The notes beneath the pieces are model-generated. The model searched no databases and was not told where the DNA came from. It saw nothing but the letters and a program-made list of their open reading frames with translations. A stretch of DNA of 64,000 bases from Tubulanus polymorphus (lineage: Eukaryota > Animalia > Nemertea): contig NC_134032.1 of the NCBI RefSeq assembly GCF_964204645.1, forward strand, positions 3,992,175-4,056,174. The letters run 5' to 3'. Positions 49,380-62,819 of this stretch are shown one piece after another; position 1 is the stretch's first letter, and each line of letters begins with the position of its first letter. A program made the position numbers and the translations under genes.

Positions 49380-50324
49380 TCAAGACAATCCCTTTTTGAA
49401 AATCAAATTTTTCAATTCTTTTCTGATTTCTCTGCCCGTCATCAGATACAAGTAGAGATTAAACGAATAATTTATCATCAAAATATCGGCGAGGGCGGCG
49501 AAAATGTCATTTGATCGTGGAATTATTCCGACAAATGGGCTTAATAAAGCAGTAGGGAATGTTGTTACCATGAAGAAAATGCACAGTAGCAGAACCAACA
49601 CGGTTACCTGATTTGAGAATTTCGATGCTCGAGTTGTTTCTGATTTACCTTTTTTTCGGAATAAAGCGATAGATGTTATTGCGGACATGATGGTTGACGA
49701 AATAAACGGGCCTATAGAGATGATGATAGACGACAGCAAAGGCCTGCTAAATATGGGCACATTTTCAATACAGCCGTAGTCACTTACGTCAATAGTTACG
49801 AATATAGAACTATGAATTAGCGCTATGGGGCAGATTACGGAGAAGCAGAGTATAGAAGCGGTATTCGGGCTCCAGAAACGAGGACCTCTAAACGGAAAAC
49901 AAACAACACACATTCGCTCGGTAGCTACGAGGACCAGTGTCCACGGACTGTTCGAAAGGCCAACCATTACAAAATACTCAAAAAACATACATTGAATTCG
50001 TGTTGACGGTTTGACCAATATTTTCCTCCCGTGAAATGTATAAGATATCACGTTGATGTATCTCATCGAATGGTTGAGGAGAGCCAAAGTGTCGCAGACG
50101 GCTAGCTGAACGAACATACGACTGAAAGAACGTCGCCATAGCTTACGTTGCTGCATCACTACTACGATCAGAAGATTACCAATGAATCCGAGAATAAAAA
50201 AAAGACTGACGATTGCGAGGAAAAACCAAAGATAAGTTCCGTTTATCGTAGTTGCAGCCAGTACCGTGATTGTGTAGGCGATAGTGGGATTTGTGCGGTT
50301 CGGGGGAACTGAAGTTGCAGCCAT
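49380..50324 (-). CDS. Intronless class A GPCR, peptide-receptor/chemoreceptor-like
   Basis: GN in TM1, LAVCD, ATERM, TFP in TM6, NLYLY in TM7; first ATG at 50324; same subfamily pattern as 22655-23605. Confidence 0.92.
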   Translation of the reverse strand: MAATSVPPNRTNPTIAYTITVLAATTINGTYLWFFLAIVSLFFILGFIGNLLIVVVMQQRKLWRRSFSRMFVQLAVCDTLALLNHSMRYINVISYTFHGRKILVKPSTRIQCMFFEYFVMVGLSNSPWTLVLVATERMCVVCFPFRGPRFWSPNTASILCFSVICPIALIHSSIFVTIDVSDYGCIENVPIFSRPLLSSIIISIGPFISSTIMSAITSIALFRKKGKSETTRASKFSNQVTVLVLLLCIFFMVTTFPTALLSPFVGIIPRSNDIFAALADILMINYSFNLYLYLMTGREIRKELKNLIFKKGLS

Positions 50325-51089
50325 TGCGTCGACCAATCAGACTATACTTTCAATTATAGCTAATTAATGAAACTATATTGAAAGCTATATAGATTTCACA
50401 AACGTCCACGCCTTCGCCCATTCGTCAATTCAAATGACCTTAGATTCCATACTCAGTGTTGTATAAGAATCTATTATAGCAGTTTCTATAAGAAAAACTC
50501 ACGATGACTTTACTCAAAGTTCAAAATTAAAATAAAAACACTTTTGAAGGTAACAATTTTGAATAGAATCATATAATATAATCTTGTTCAACTGGTAAAC
50601 AGTTAGAATAAGAGTTAGATAAATCTGTGAGTAATTGTATTGACAAGAAAATTACTCCGTGGTGAAATATAGTGGACTCTGTTTGTCACAGCTATAAAAC
50701 TCTTCACCGTGTTGGAGTCAAAACTGACTAAGAGTATTTTATCAAAAATTACGAGTTTTCGTTACTATTGTGTAGTAGCTTTATCAGGAAAATGAGTAGT
50801 TTAATTTATCCCATCAAGTTATTAGAAAGAGTTTTCGCTATCAATGTATAGTAAAATGAGTTAACAGGTACCATATATAATCATATAGTACTAGTCTATG
50901 TAATTCAACTGATTTTCTTAGAAATTACGAGTTTTCGCAACTAGTTTAAAGTAGCTTCATTAGGTAAATGAGTAAACAGGATGTGCTTTGTAGTTTAATT
51001 GATTTTAGCAAGAAATCACGAGTTATTGCTACTAGTGTATAGGATTCACGAGGAAAATGAGTAGACAGGTAGTACCGTGTAGGTTAACT

Positions 51090-53880
51090 CACTTTGGAGA
51101 ATAAAAATTAATTATTTATTTTTTCATCATATTCACTAATCCAAAAATAATTGCACAGCACAACTGTAATTAAAAATAAAATTATATGTTCAGCAGCAAA
51201 GTTAATGATATTTCCAGCAGATTTTAAAACAAAACCAAGAATTGATGCTATAACTCCGGATAAAGCTGCAGCAGATTTTTTAGATAATTCCCACAAATAT
51301 TTTGCTAATTTTTTCAAACCATCTTTCACTTTATCTTGTATAGAATTATGACTTGGCAGTTTATCTTGTTTACTAGGATTTGGTGTAAGTTTTAATGAAT
51401 TTGATATAGCTAAACCTATTGTTGAAAATATCATAGTTACAGCTGTTAGAATTGAAAGAATTGTGATACCTTCTAATTTAAATAATAATTTCATTCTTTC
51501 ATTTAATTAATTTCATAATTTCATCTTTAAATGTTACTTTAGAATTTAGTTTTATCAACAAATCTACAAAAATAACTTTTAATCTATTAATATTATAATC
51601 ATATGATTGTAATGATAATTCAATTTCTTCTTTCTGTAATTCTAAATTATATTTTAAATCATCAATTTCTTTTTCTAAACTTAATTCTTTTTGCCTATAT
51701 TCAATTTCATCAATTACTTGATGATCTAAATCTGATTTTGATTGTTTTAATTCTTCATTTGCTTTAGATAATTCATCTCCTAAAGTAATCATTTTTGATC
51801 TCTAATCATTTTATCGTGCGCAATTTTATCAGCTTCATTTCTTATACTTATTATTTCTCTAATTGCTTTATCAGAAAATATATTTAAATCTTCTTATTCT
51901 TGATTTGTTGCGTCAAAAAATCCACCTTGTAAAATGTTTTCAATTTGAAATCTTCTTGATTTAAGTTTACTGGTTTTGGAATTAATAACTTCTTTAGGAA
52001 TTGTTTCTGGTTCTAAATTTTCATTAATTATCTTCAAAAAATCATCATTTTTTCGATTAAATTCTCTTTTAATTGTGTTATCTCTTGTTCTGTAACATCA
52101 GTTATGACATCATTATTGATTTTCTTAATTCTAGATTGTTCTAATTTATCAAAGTTGGTTTTGTTATTATTTTATCAAGACTTTTATGAGAAGATATCTT
52201 AAAATAATAGTCATCTTTCAAATGCCAATAATAATCACCATTTAAATATTTCAAATCTTTTACTAACAATTCATACCTTTATTAGTTATATTTTTTTAAT
52301 ATTGGTTTAAATTTTTCAATTAATTCATCATAATCTAATTCTTTTTCTTTTCTAGTCCTGGATTTAAATTTTCAATATTCAATGTTGAACGTGCTTTAGT
52401 AATATATTCATAAGTATTAGGTCTTGTTAAATTAGAATTATATGCTGTTTCATTATCGTTACTAAAACTTGTATCAGTAAAATCAGGTTGTTGTTCATCG
52501 GTTATACCGGGTTCATCAAAAGTATCCATCGGAATATCTTCTCCACCTTCTACATCCATTTATATCTTATGACGATTAAAATGTAAAATATAATATTCCT
52601 TCTATTACAATTCCTATACAAGTTATAGCTAATTTGGTATTTTCATGTGATTTATTATCATTATTACTTTTCATTATTTCAGGCTGAATATTATCAGTTT
52701 TTATATTTTCTGACGTATTGTAATCTTTTTTTTTAGAATCATTATTTAATTTAATATTCTTTGTTTTAGTTCCTGTTGATTGTATATATTTTTAAATTTT
52801 TTCACCTTCATTAGTTTTGAAGCAATGATATTTTTTTTTATTTATATCATTTAATCCAAATGAATTATTATTGTTGCAGTCTTATTGAATTATTATAACC
52901 AATCATATTTCCCATTTTAAAAATTATATCATCAGAAATAATAAATAAGGACCTTTTACAATAATTTAATCTTACATGAGATTTATCTAAATAATTTTGA
53001 TATATTACTATATTGTCTGGAATTGATCTATTTTTATCATTATGAATTGAATCTTCAAATAATACTTTGAATTGTTTTTGTATATCAAATGATGTATTCA
53101 AATTTACAATTATTGGGGATCTTGTTTCAACCTGTGATCCTAATATACAAATCAAATATATTCTAATAGATTGATTTATTCGTTGTATACCTGATTTTGT
53201 TAAACCTTCACTATTTTCTAAAATAAAATAAACCCAACCATTATCATTTTCTTGTTTTAAATCATCATAAATTTCGGTAATTTATTGAAATTTAAATTGA
53301 TTTATTATTATAGATATTATTCTTAGGAATTGATCTTATTGTTCCAATTTTTGTTCGAAAATCAGAATTATCTATATTTTGTATTGAATGCATTACAAAC
53401 TTTATAAAACTTTGATAAATTGATTTTATTATCTAATTCTTTGAAATATCTATATCCTGGTAAAGGACATTCTAATTCATTAAATATATATCATTTATTT
53501 TATTATAATTTGAAAATAAGTATGAAATAAAAAAAAAGCACTTTGCAACAATTTATATTTTGAATTATTTGAATGATCATTCCAACTATTTCCACATCCT
53601 GTTGTTGCACAATAAACTGCAAAATTTAATTGGTTCACCCAATACTACATATTAGATTTGAATAACCATTGCTTTTCATCTTTCAATTTTTTAAAATTAA
53701 TTCAGTATACATGAAATATATTTTCCACCTTTACATTAAAATTATTAGTTTCAGTGACATAAATATCTAAATTAATTAATGAATTTAAAACGTCATTTCT
53801 ATATGTAATATTTTTATTAAAATCTATTCCTGGAATATTATATTTAATTGATTTATTATTGAAAAATTATCTACCATTTA
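51090..53880 (-). mobile_element. Degraded AT-rich relic of a related Polinton-like virus
   Basis: 51108-51494 aligns by eye with 4466-4828 (FK.(E/K)GIT..S..TAV.M....IGLAI.N.LK; AAAL.G.I.....F.L..AG....F.AEH..LF). The upstream relic gene has FAVYCATTGCG and GLTKSGIQRINQSI..ILGSQVETRS. Confidence 0.8.
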
Positions 53881-56317
53881 TATAATATAAAAATTAATAA
53901 TTTATTAATTCTTCTAATAATTAATCTTGTTCTTCAATTGTTATATTACCATTTAAACTAATAATATAATCTAGTGTATTTTAGGGTTTCTGCTGCTTTC
54001 GCAGAAACCCTCTTGTATTTCTGTTGATTATTATTATTATTTATGGTCAACCTTCCAGCCAAAAATTTTTCATAAAATGTAACTCCTCTCAGATTCGACT
54101 ACGAACAGCTTATAAACGTAATTTGAAATTATGTCAGAAATATAACTCAGCGCCTGACCATTTCGAATTTGCGTAAAGTAATCTATTATGAATTAATCCC
54201 GTGTAATTACCGGGTCTAAACAGCGACAAGAATAACGCAAAGAATCGTCATCAATTGATAAAAGTGCACCCCGAAAAGCCTATAGTTTACCGCACGACCT
54301 TGAGCTCCAAAGTCAACCGTAACAACGGATTCGGACTTACAATTAGTCCGGATCCGTCATTTCCCACGAACGATAACTACAGCCGGTGTGCAATAAGTGT
54401 CTTATTAATGAAACATGGCGGATGGTTGCAATAATTTTCGGCTTAAATTTATCGCTTGTTTTAGGACCTTAATGAATTTCACGAAACCATGATCCTTAAA
54501 ATGAGTCAATTGTTAAATTCTATTTGTAAATCAATTTACGTTGGCTAAATTTCCTGAAGATTTCTGGCTCGATTCAACGCAATATGGACAGAAGTAGTAG
54601 GAATTTTCATACGGAATTTTACTTCCGCGTTCACTCGATGACTCAGATAGATGACAACGACAACAGATTTTACGTAATTTAAGGTGAGAATCCGTTAATC
54701 AGTGAATGTTTTACATGATTTATTTATAATATAAGTACATATGGTAGCAAATGAGTACTCGGTGAAGCAATGATCATTGTTGGCTAGCTATTTTACCTAG
54801 CTTTCTTGGGGGATACAACTAGAATAGACACTAAATGTAGTGAATAGAGCCAGTGGAAAGCCTGAGTTGTTAGTAAGGGGCTGGTTTATACTTATGTGTA
54901 CGACTATTGATTTCGATTACTCTCTTTCCAGCTATTATTCGCGGAATAAACTGGTCACTACGGTCTTCAATTCCTTTGCCTATTCTTGCAGCTGGTGGAA
55001 ATAAATTTAAACCACAGTGTGCAAGTGTACGTTCCAAATCAAGCTTTTTCGTCATTGTCGTAACTTAAGCGCAACTGTCTCAGATGCTGTAAGTCCTTGA
55101 CGTTTCATGTCATTTTTATTTTTTCAGTTGCCATGTTTACAATATTTGGATAAGTAATGGGTTATTATACTTTCGCTCCTCTATGATATTATATTTCCGA
55201 GTAATTATTACATTTGATTGCTTAATTACAGGTGGAAAGAGGTCAGATGGCATGAAAATCGACTGTGGCTGACTAATTGGTGCGAGTAGATCAGGCGTTG
55301 ATGTTTCAAAAGGTGTAGCCAAAATGCTTGTATCATCAGGGGGTAGATAGACAAATATCCGAAGATAAATGAAAACTTCACCTCGTTGATCGTCAGTTGA
55401 TTTTGCTGTAATTTTTTCGCCTGGATAAATAAACACGTCATTTAGTTAAAAATCTGTGTTCAGTAGAATTTCTTTCAATAAAATGAAACTTTAATGGACG
55501 TTTTTTATGTATTCAAGATTTAAATTGAATGGATCTTAAATCCAGAGAAAGCATTCTTCAGAAATTTAGAAAATCCTAGACTCACAATCAAATTCTGTGA
55601 AGTCAGTTAAGGTCTTTTGCTCGAATCAGGGAAGTGTGATGAGATGGAATACGGACGCTTTTAATTGTCGGATGTAGGCTATTCAATTCAGCCCGTACAT
55701 CAAAGGTTACCGCAACAGCAGTAAGCTACGCTTATCGAGTGTGTGTTACCAGCTGAACACCAGTCAACATCAACTTTGATTCGGTCGCAGAACAACCCGC
55801 AATAGTTTTAGCCCGATAAATGTTCTGCGATCGATACTACGCATGCGCACTGCAGTTCATTGAACAACGTGGAAGTGGCTCTGTATGCACATATTTTTCT
55901 TTAGAAAATCGGTTGAAATTCACCAATTTCTCGTAAAATTTGTCCAAAAAGGTATGTATTTTTATTCTTCTATATCTCCGAAACCCGGTATCGGAACAAT
56001 AAGTATTTATATTGTGATTAAAGTCTGTTTTTATGTGTTAAACATATGTTTTTGCCAGTTCGTTCCGATTCCGGGTTTAGCGTTATTTGGGCCTTGAAGA
56101 TGTCAAATATTTCGGCCCAGACTCGCGCAGCTTTCGTTTCTGACGTCATGTTGCTATGTTACGACACAAACATATACACGAAGTATGATCTTTAAAATGT
56201 GTATTTACTACATAATAACGTTTACATTAGGCCTACAAATTATCGTCCCCCATATAAACCAAGTTGCCTAAATAGCATCAGCAATCTCATTTAATTAACC
56301 TTTTCTTGTTTTTAGGC

Positions 56318-59244
56318 ATGGATCTTTGTCGATTGTGTGGAAAAAATGCGAAACCTCCGGATCGTCGTCCTATCGATAAAAATAATTTCCAAAGCCATGT
56401 GAAGGAGTTGTTCAACATTGATTTTGATGATGATACTGAACAGTACCCGATATATATCTGCAATATGTGTCGTGTAAAATTACAAAAATGGCGTAAGAAC
56501 AAAAACGTTAAAAAAACTGTCCCTGTGACTATCAAATTAAAACAATGGACATTCGATTTATGTTGTGACTCACCCCTGCGTAAACTATGTGATGCAGCAG
56601 CACAGAAGACAAATTTTAAGAACATCAGCTCTCCGAACAGCCCTGTGAATACGTACGCTTTTTCCGATAAAGGCATACTGCGGCAAGCAATTTTAGAGGC
56701 TGATCAGACGTTGCGTTTATTCATTTCAAATATTGAGGTTACATCATGCATTAATGGTAGTGTGGATGAGAAGTTTGTGTTTTTGCTCACTGCAGGAACC
56801 TGCCCCGGTAATCCCGATTTTAAAGATGTTTGTGAGAAACGCTGCAAGGATGGAAAAACACAGTTTTATGAACAGGCCGGAGCAATTATTGCTCAAGATA
56901 TTTCAAGATGTGTCCAGTGGCGTGGTGAAATGTATGATAGGACTGTTAGTCACTTGCATTGCATTCTTGCTTCATCAGATTTAGAAATTAATCAACAGTG
57001 TGCAGCATGTAAAGATTTCCGAAAATCTTTGCTCGTGATGAGGAAACGTCACGTAACCAATAATTCAAGAACTGATGTGTCAAGTACAACTAGATTGGAT
57101 TATTTGACACATAGTGAAGCTATAAAACGTTTGCGAAATACACAGAGTGATCGACAAAAAGTTCTGCGTACAAATGCTGCTCTGGAAAAGAAAATATCGA
57201 AACTTTACAGAAGAGAATCAGTCTTATTAACTGAAAAACATTCCAGTCTTTTTCATAACATCATCCAGCAAAATCAGGACAAATTCCAGTCAGATTTTCC
57301 TACGGGCTCAGTTCAAGAATTACTCTGGAAGCAGCAAGTTCAACAGTGTAAAGGACCCACAACACAAATGCGATGGCACCCATTAATAATCAAGTGGTGT
57401 ATCGCCCTACAAAAGAAAAGTCGTGGGACTTATGATTTTATCAGAAATTCCGGTTTCATCAAATTACCTCATCCATCAACTTAGAAGACTACATAAAATT
57501 CACAAAACCGAATCCCGGCATCAATTTTGACCTTATTGAACGTGGACTACAGAATATTGGATTTGATAAACTCGAAGATTTTCAGAAAAACGTTGCGCTA
57601 TTGTTCGATGAAATGAAAGTTAAAAGTGATCTTGTGTATTCGAAAAGCAGTGGTGAACTTATAGGATTTTGTGACATGGGTCCCGTCAACAACATTATGG
57701 AGACCTATAAAAGATCACTTTCCAACAAGAAAGAACCAGAACTAGCTACACATGTTTGTGTATTCATGATCCGTGGCCTGTTCAGTAATTTGAAGATGCC
57801 CATTGCATATTTTCCTTGTCAAGGATTCAATTCGCACAACTTATACCCCTGCGTTTGGGAAGCAGTCGAAACATTGGAATGCATTGGATTCTACGTAAGG
57901 GCATTTGTGAGTGACGGGGCAACACCTAACAGGAAATTTTACCGTATACATGGGCAAAATAAAAATGGTGAGCTGACCTACTTTACCACTAACAAATATG
58001 ACTTTTCGAGGAAAATTTTCTTTGTGTGTGACGTGCCTCATCTGCTGAAAACGACTAGGAACAACTTGGAAAATTCTGGATATGGAAAGAAAACTCGCAA
58101 TTTTGTGGTAAGTACTAACATAATGAATATGAATAGTAATTCTACACTAAATATGTAAATTAAGTATCATGCAATATTTCTTTATATTTTTCAGTACCAG
58201 CATAAACCACTGAAATGGACGCAGGTTATGTCACTAGTAGAGAACGAATATGGCTTAAATCGGGCTGCACCAGGTTTAAGGCGTCTGCATAAGTTAAGAC
58301 ATGAACATGTCCATTTAACACCAGCAACTAGAATGCGAGTAAATCTTGCTGTACAGGTTGGTATAAAACAAATTTTTACTTTTCATTTTTTGTCCTTACA
58401 TCTTTGTTTTATTTAAATTGGCTTCTCTTTACTGACTTTTAGGTCTTGAGTAATTCTGTTGCAGTGGCTCTCGAAATGCAGAATAATCCTGAAAATGAAT
58501 CACTCGTACTCTTCATTAAAAATATGAATAAATTCTTTGACTGTTTGAACGTCACCACCATTAATGTTGCAGCTCGAACAAAGAACAGAAATTTAGAGAA
58601 ATACACCTCAGCATATGATACAAGGGTTGAGGTAAGAAATTGTTAATTCCATTGAATAAATGGTAATGGATTGAGAATAAAAATTCTTAATTAATATTGA
58701 CATTTTTTTCATTTCAGTGGCTAACTGAGGAATTTATTCCTTTTCTTGATGATTGGCAGGGCGAATCTGCACATTATGAAAATCTCAACAAAAAGGAAAG
58801 ATCGCAGAAATGCATGAGCTGGGAAACCCTCGAAGGATTGAGAATTACCGGTAAAGGCGCATTATTTAAGTAGCCGTGCATAAAGTATGTACATCTACGA
58901 AAAGTATATACCATGACTCATGAGCTTTTAATTTTTCAGTTTGTTCTTTCGCCGAGTTGCTGAAAGTTGTGTTTAGAATCCCAGGAGTAAAATACTTTCT
59001 CAGTGAAAAACTCTGTCAGGATCCCTTGGAAGAACATTTTTCAAAACAGCGGGGATGTGGAGGTGCTCATGACAATCCTACTGTGCATGCATATGGACAC
59101 AATGAAATATCTTTGTTTGTCGCCAGCGAGTGCGCTAAAGCCTCTCCTTCAGGAAATTTTAGAGGAAAACGGCAGGAACACCAACAGATAGATGCAGTTG
59201 ATGACACACCAATTCCTCGAAAAAGAAAACGGGTGGAGTTCTGA
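56318..59244 (+). pseudogene. P-element/THAP9-family transposase; exons 56318-58107, 58195-58356, 58443-58631, 58718-58850, 58940-59244; 1-bp frameshift near 57481
   Basis: MRWHP..W..Y..IR..LP..ST, FDEMK, SDG, CDVPHLLK..RN, MRVNLAVQ, FFDCLN, QDPLEEHFSKQR..GG..NP. GT-AG introns keep the frame. Confidence 0.92.
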
Positions 59245-59376
59245 GTGATAAGTGAAAAGACGATTAATTGCAAGACGTAAATTTTTATTTATTATACACA
59301 GACATACATGTTCATGAGTATGATTGTAATATATCGCACACAATTTTGTATATACAATTGGTAGTGTCACCATGTT

Positions 59377-60821
59377 TTAACTGTTGGTGTTTTCATTCAG
59401 AGTTGCTAGCGCCTTTCGAAGTCCCTTTTCACCTTTGCGTGACACTTTAGTGGATTTGTCCTGTTTTTTAATGAATATGTATGCATCTTTGAATGCATTG
59501 ATGCGTATGTCGACCCAGTAGCACAAAACACGATGCAGGAGACTTTGGCACAAATCGTCATTGTCGACTTTACGCACTAAACATTGCCACAAATAATTTA
59601 CAGTTATACTTTTTTCCAACTGATCTACTAGCTTGGAACGTACGTTGGCTCCAATCAATCTATCTACCTGTTTAATTTGCAATTCTGGTCGTATAATATT
59701 CTCAACAGTTTTGAAAAATATGAACACATCATCACGAATGGTAAACAATCCGCCACGATTAATTTTTTCCACCCAATGACTCGTATATTCAAAATAGCTT
59801 TTAGCTTCGATTTTTGAATCATGTTTTATCCGCCAGGTTTCTAGTAGACTGATGAACGATTTGGCGGTTAAATTCTTCGGGAATTTCTGATAATGTTTTA
59901 CGAGTGCATATGGTATATAACCTGCAGTGTATCGCAGCGCCTGCTCCTCCTCGATCGTTAATTTCGCGATTGTTCGGCCATTTGTTCGGTCATGGTGAAA
60001 TTGGTCCTCGATCATGTACTGAAAGAGGATCTTCATAGTAAATTGCAAAAATATGTTAACGGCTCTTTCATTTACTTTGTCAATTTTACATTTACTGAAT
60101 ATCTCCATCGTATAATATAATAGTTCGATTTCAGTTGTCGCAACATGAAACTTTGCCCACATTTTATCCAAATCTTTCGCAGTGCTTAAGTGAATGGCGG
60201 AACATAATGTATCTTGAATTTTTGTAAACCACTGATTAATTCCAAGTCTGGACGGCGACGTATTTGTAGACAAAATTTTATCGATCGATTTTCCATAATG
60301 TACTGCTGCCATTCCATTTGAACTGAATTTAAATACTCGATGGTTAATCACTTCAGTCATAGCCTTTTCCAAATATATAGTGTTCCTGCGAAAATAATAA
60401 TAATGATTATTATTTTAACATGTACTTATCTGGATTTTTATATTATGTTTATATATTATTTTCTGTATTCGTTTATTATTTTATAACCTAAAAGGATTGT
60501 ATTGATTATAAAAATAAATGTAAAAAATACCTGTATGTGTGTTTTCTCGTGTTCAGATCGCAGTCTCTGGTCAGCTGAGCCTGAGAAGTACCTACATGAA
60601 AAAGAAAAGGAAAGAATAAAGTGCCTGCAATTAGGTGGAAACTATTCCGATATTTCATTGATTCAAAAGGAATAACACTCACTAGAATCGGCCGAATTAG
60701 TTGATCCTGATCCAGAGGATTCCCGTAATATTTCCGTATCGATCTGAACCAATTCGTCACTATCAAAGAATAGATCGTCAAAATCGTCATCATTAATAAT
60801 TTCGTTGACAACCGTTGCCAT
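59377..60821 (-). CDS. Second transposon gene (predicted 402 aa; exons 60821-60683, 60591-60531, 60385-59377) containing a P-transposase C-terminal-like domain
   Basis: Splice phases checked by hand give one open frame. Motifs EQALRYTAGYI, WVEKINRGGL and YWVDIRI. Confidence 0.8.
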
Positions 60822-60983
60822 TTTAATACAGCGTAAAGAACCGATATCACGATTGATAAAACACTATATCCGTCTGAAGCGATGTAGAGAGAATCCCACA
60901 ATGATAACGAAAAAGTCCAAAAATGAAATAATGAATACTACAGAAATTATGAGATATATATACAATCCAGAGACAAAGAGACT

Positions 60984-61266
60984 AATCAAAGTTAATCAGA
61001 GATGATACAAACTAAAGGAAAATTAACGTAGAAACAGTTACACGCTAAAACAGATTAAAGAGAAGCAGTTAAGAGACAAACTAGGGGGCACTTAAATTTA
61101 AGACAATTGTGAATACAAGTTGACCGAATCAAAGTTAATCAGAGATGATACAAACTAAAGGAAAATTAACGTAGAAACAGTTACACGCTAAAACAGATTA
61201 AAGAGAAGCAGTTAAAGAGACAAACTAGGGGACACTTAAATTTAAGACAATTGTGAATACAAGTTG
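60984..61266. repeat. 143-bp tandem pair in the right subterminal region of the P element
   Basis: AATCAAAGTTAATCAGAGATG... at 60984 and 61127. Confidence 0.9.
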
Positions 61267-62819
61267 ATCGACTAAAATTGATGAGGGGAAATCAGGTGTT
61301 GAGTTTAACCAGTTTACAGAGGAATTTTTATATAAGTTTATTATGGGATGAAAAACCGATATTCGGAAACAACTGAATTATTACGGAGATTCCCGATCTC
61401 GCTGGTTATCGCTTATCGGCGCGTTACGTAACAAAGCGCTCGCCGACGAACCGTTATCGGCTTTAGGGCAATTACAACGCACATTCGACAAGAGCTGCAC
61501 AATAGCGTCCGTATTCCATCTCATCACACTTCCCTGCTCGAATCAAGCCGAGGGCTCAGATGGCTAAAATTCAATTCCCCAATGTCCTATAATGCAGAGT
61601 ACGATAAAGTTTACACACGGAAAAACGTTGGGCTGTGTAAGTGTAATAAGTTAGCAATATAATGACCGCCTTAGCCCGCTGCATCTGAGACATGAACAAG
61701 TTAGACTGTGTTGCTTCGATGCTTTGCCAAACGGACTCCTAAGCAAGACGACCTGCCAAATCAAATGTAAATTAAGAAAGAAAACAACACAATTGATCAG
61801 TCAATGCCTTGCGTCTTCAAAAAATTTTCCAGGAAATATTTCTTTTTCTGGCCACTACCTGCCTCGACACGCGATACAAGTTGATACAACTGCCACCGGG
61901 GGACCATATGTTCAGTATCCCCAAAGCCAGTTTTATGAGCCTTGGTACATCAGTACTCTTTCCATGGTAGCCCTTTTGGATCCAGCATATTGTTGACCCA
62001 GGTTGCGCTTCTTGGAAATAGTCCTTTGTTATGGGCGGATTGGAATAATTTCGATGAAATCTTTTTTACGTTTCCCATTGCAACATATGAACCAGTTAGG
62101 CAGAAACCCGTTATCGCTGCTATGCAGCTATATATTTTATTTTAGCTCTGATGCATGTGAAAATTTTACCATTCCAGGGGCATGGTTCACAATTTCATAG
62201 AGTAATCTTTTTCAATTCTTGAATCTTTTCCAAATTATTTCGATTTAAGTTTAGCCCTCAATTTGAGCCCAAGGCATAGGTCTATTTAATCATCAGACAG
62301 GTGGATGCGAATTTTACCATTTCACGATTTGTGAATTACTGATGCAATTGATGTTCTCCTTATATTCCATTTTTAACCGTGGTGATCATTGATGGTACCT
62401 GATGATGAGTGGATCATGTCAAAAATAAGCTGTGATCATATAGAATTTGGTCATTGAGATTGATGGCCTGTCTCCTTATTGATTACATTACAAACTTGTG
62501 TTTTACAATAAAATGAAAATAAAGATATGAGAATTCTTGTGTTAAATCTTTTGATAAAACTTCAATTTATATACAGATAAAATGAGGATGCTGAAAGGTT
62601 GAGAGGTGGATTTCTCCAAATCAAAGTTCAGGCCTACACATGGTAGCATGTTAATGTAATGCCATGTGCTGAAACTTGGTAAAGTTGATTCATCGTTTTC
62701 AAATATTCATGGATTTGCCTCGGACACCGATTACTAGTGAAGTTTGAACTTGTTGGATACAACCGACCACCTCGTGCGCTGCGTCATTCAAAAATCCCGT
62801 TACGAATCCAACGGATTAT

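Larger units (their letters stand above)
55627..61536. mobile_element. Full-length P-superfamily DNA transposon (5910 bp) with two convergent genes
   Basis: Perfect 33-bp TIR CAGGGAAGTGTGATGAGATGGAATACGGACGCT (55627-55659 / 61504-61536). 7-bp TSD CTCGAAT (55620-55626 / 61537-61543). Empty-site paralog near 44405. Confidence 0.95.

Noticed and set aside
60506-60901. 131-aa minus-strand ORF
   Set aside because: It mostly reads exon 1 of the spliced second P-element gene in a different frame, plus its introns; the spliced model is preferred.
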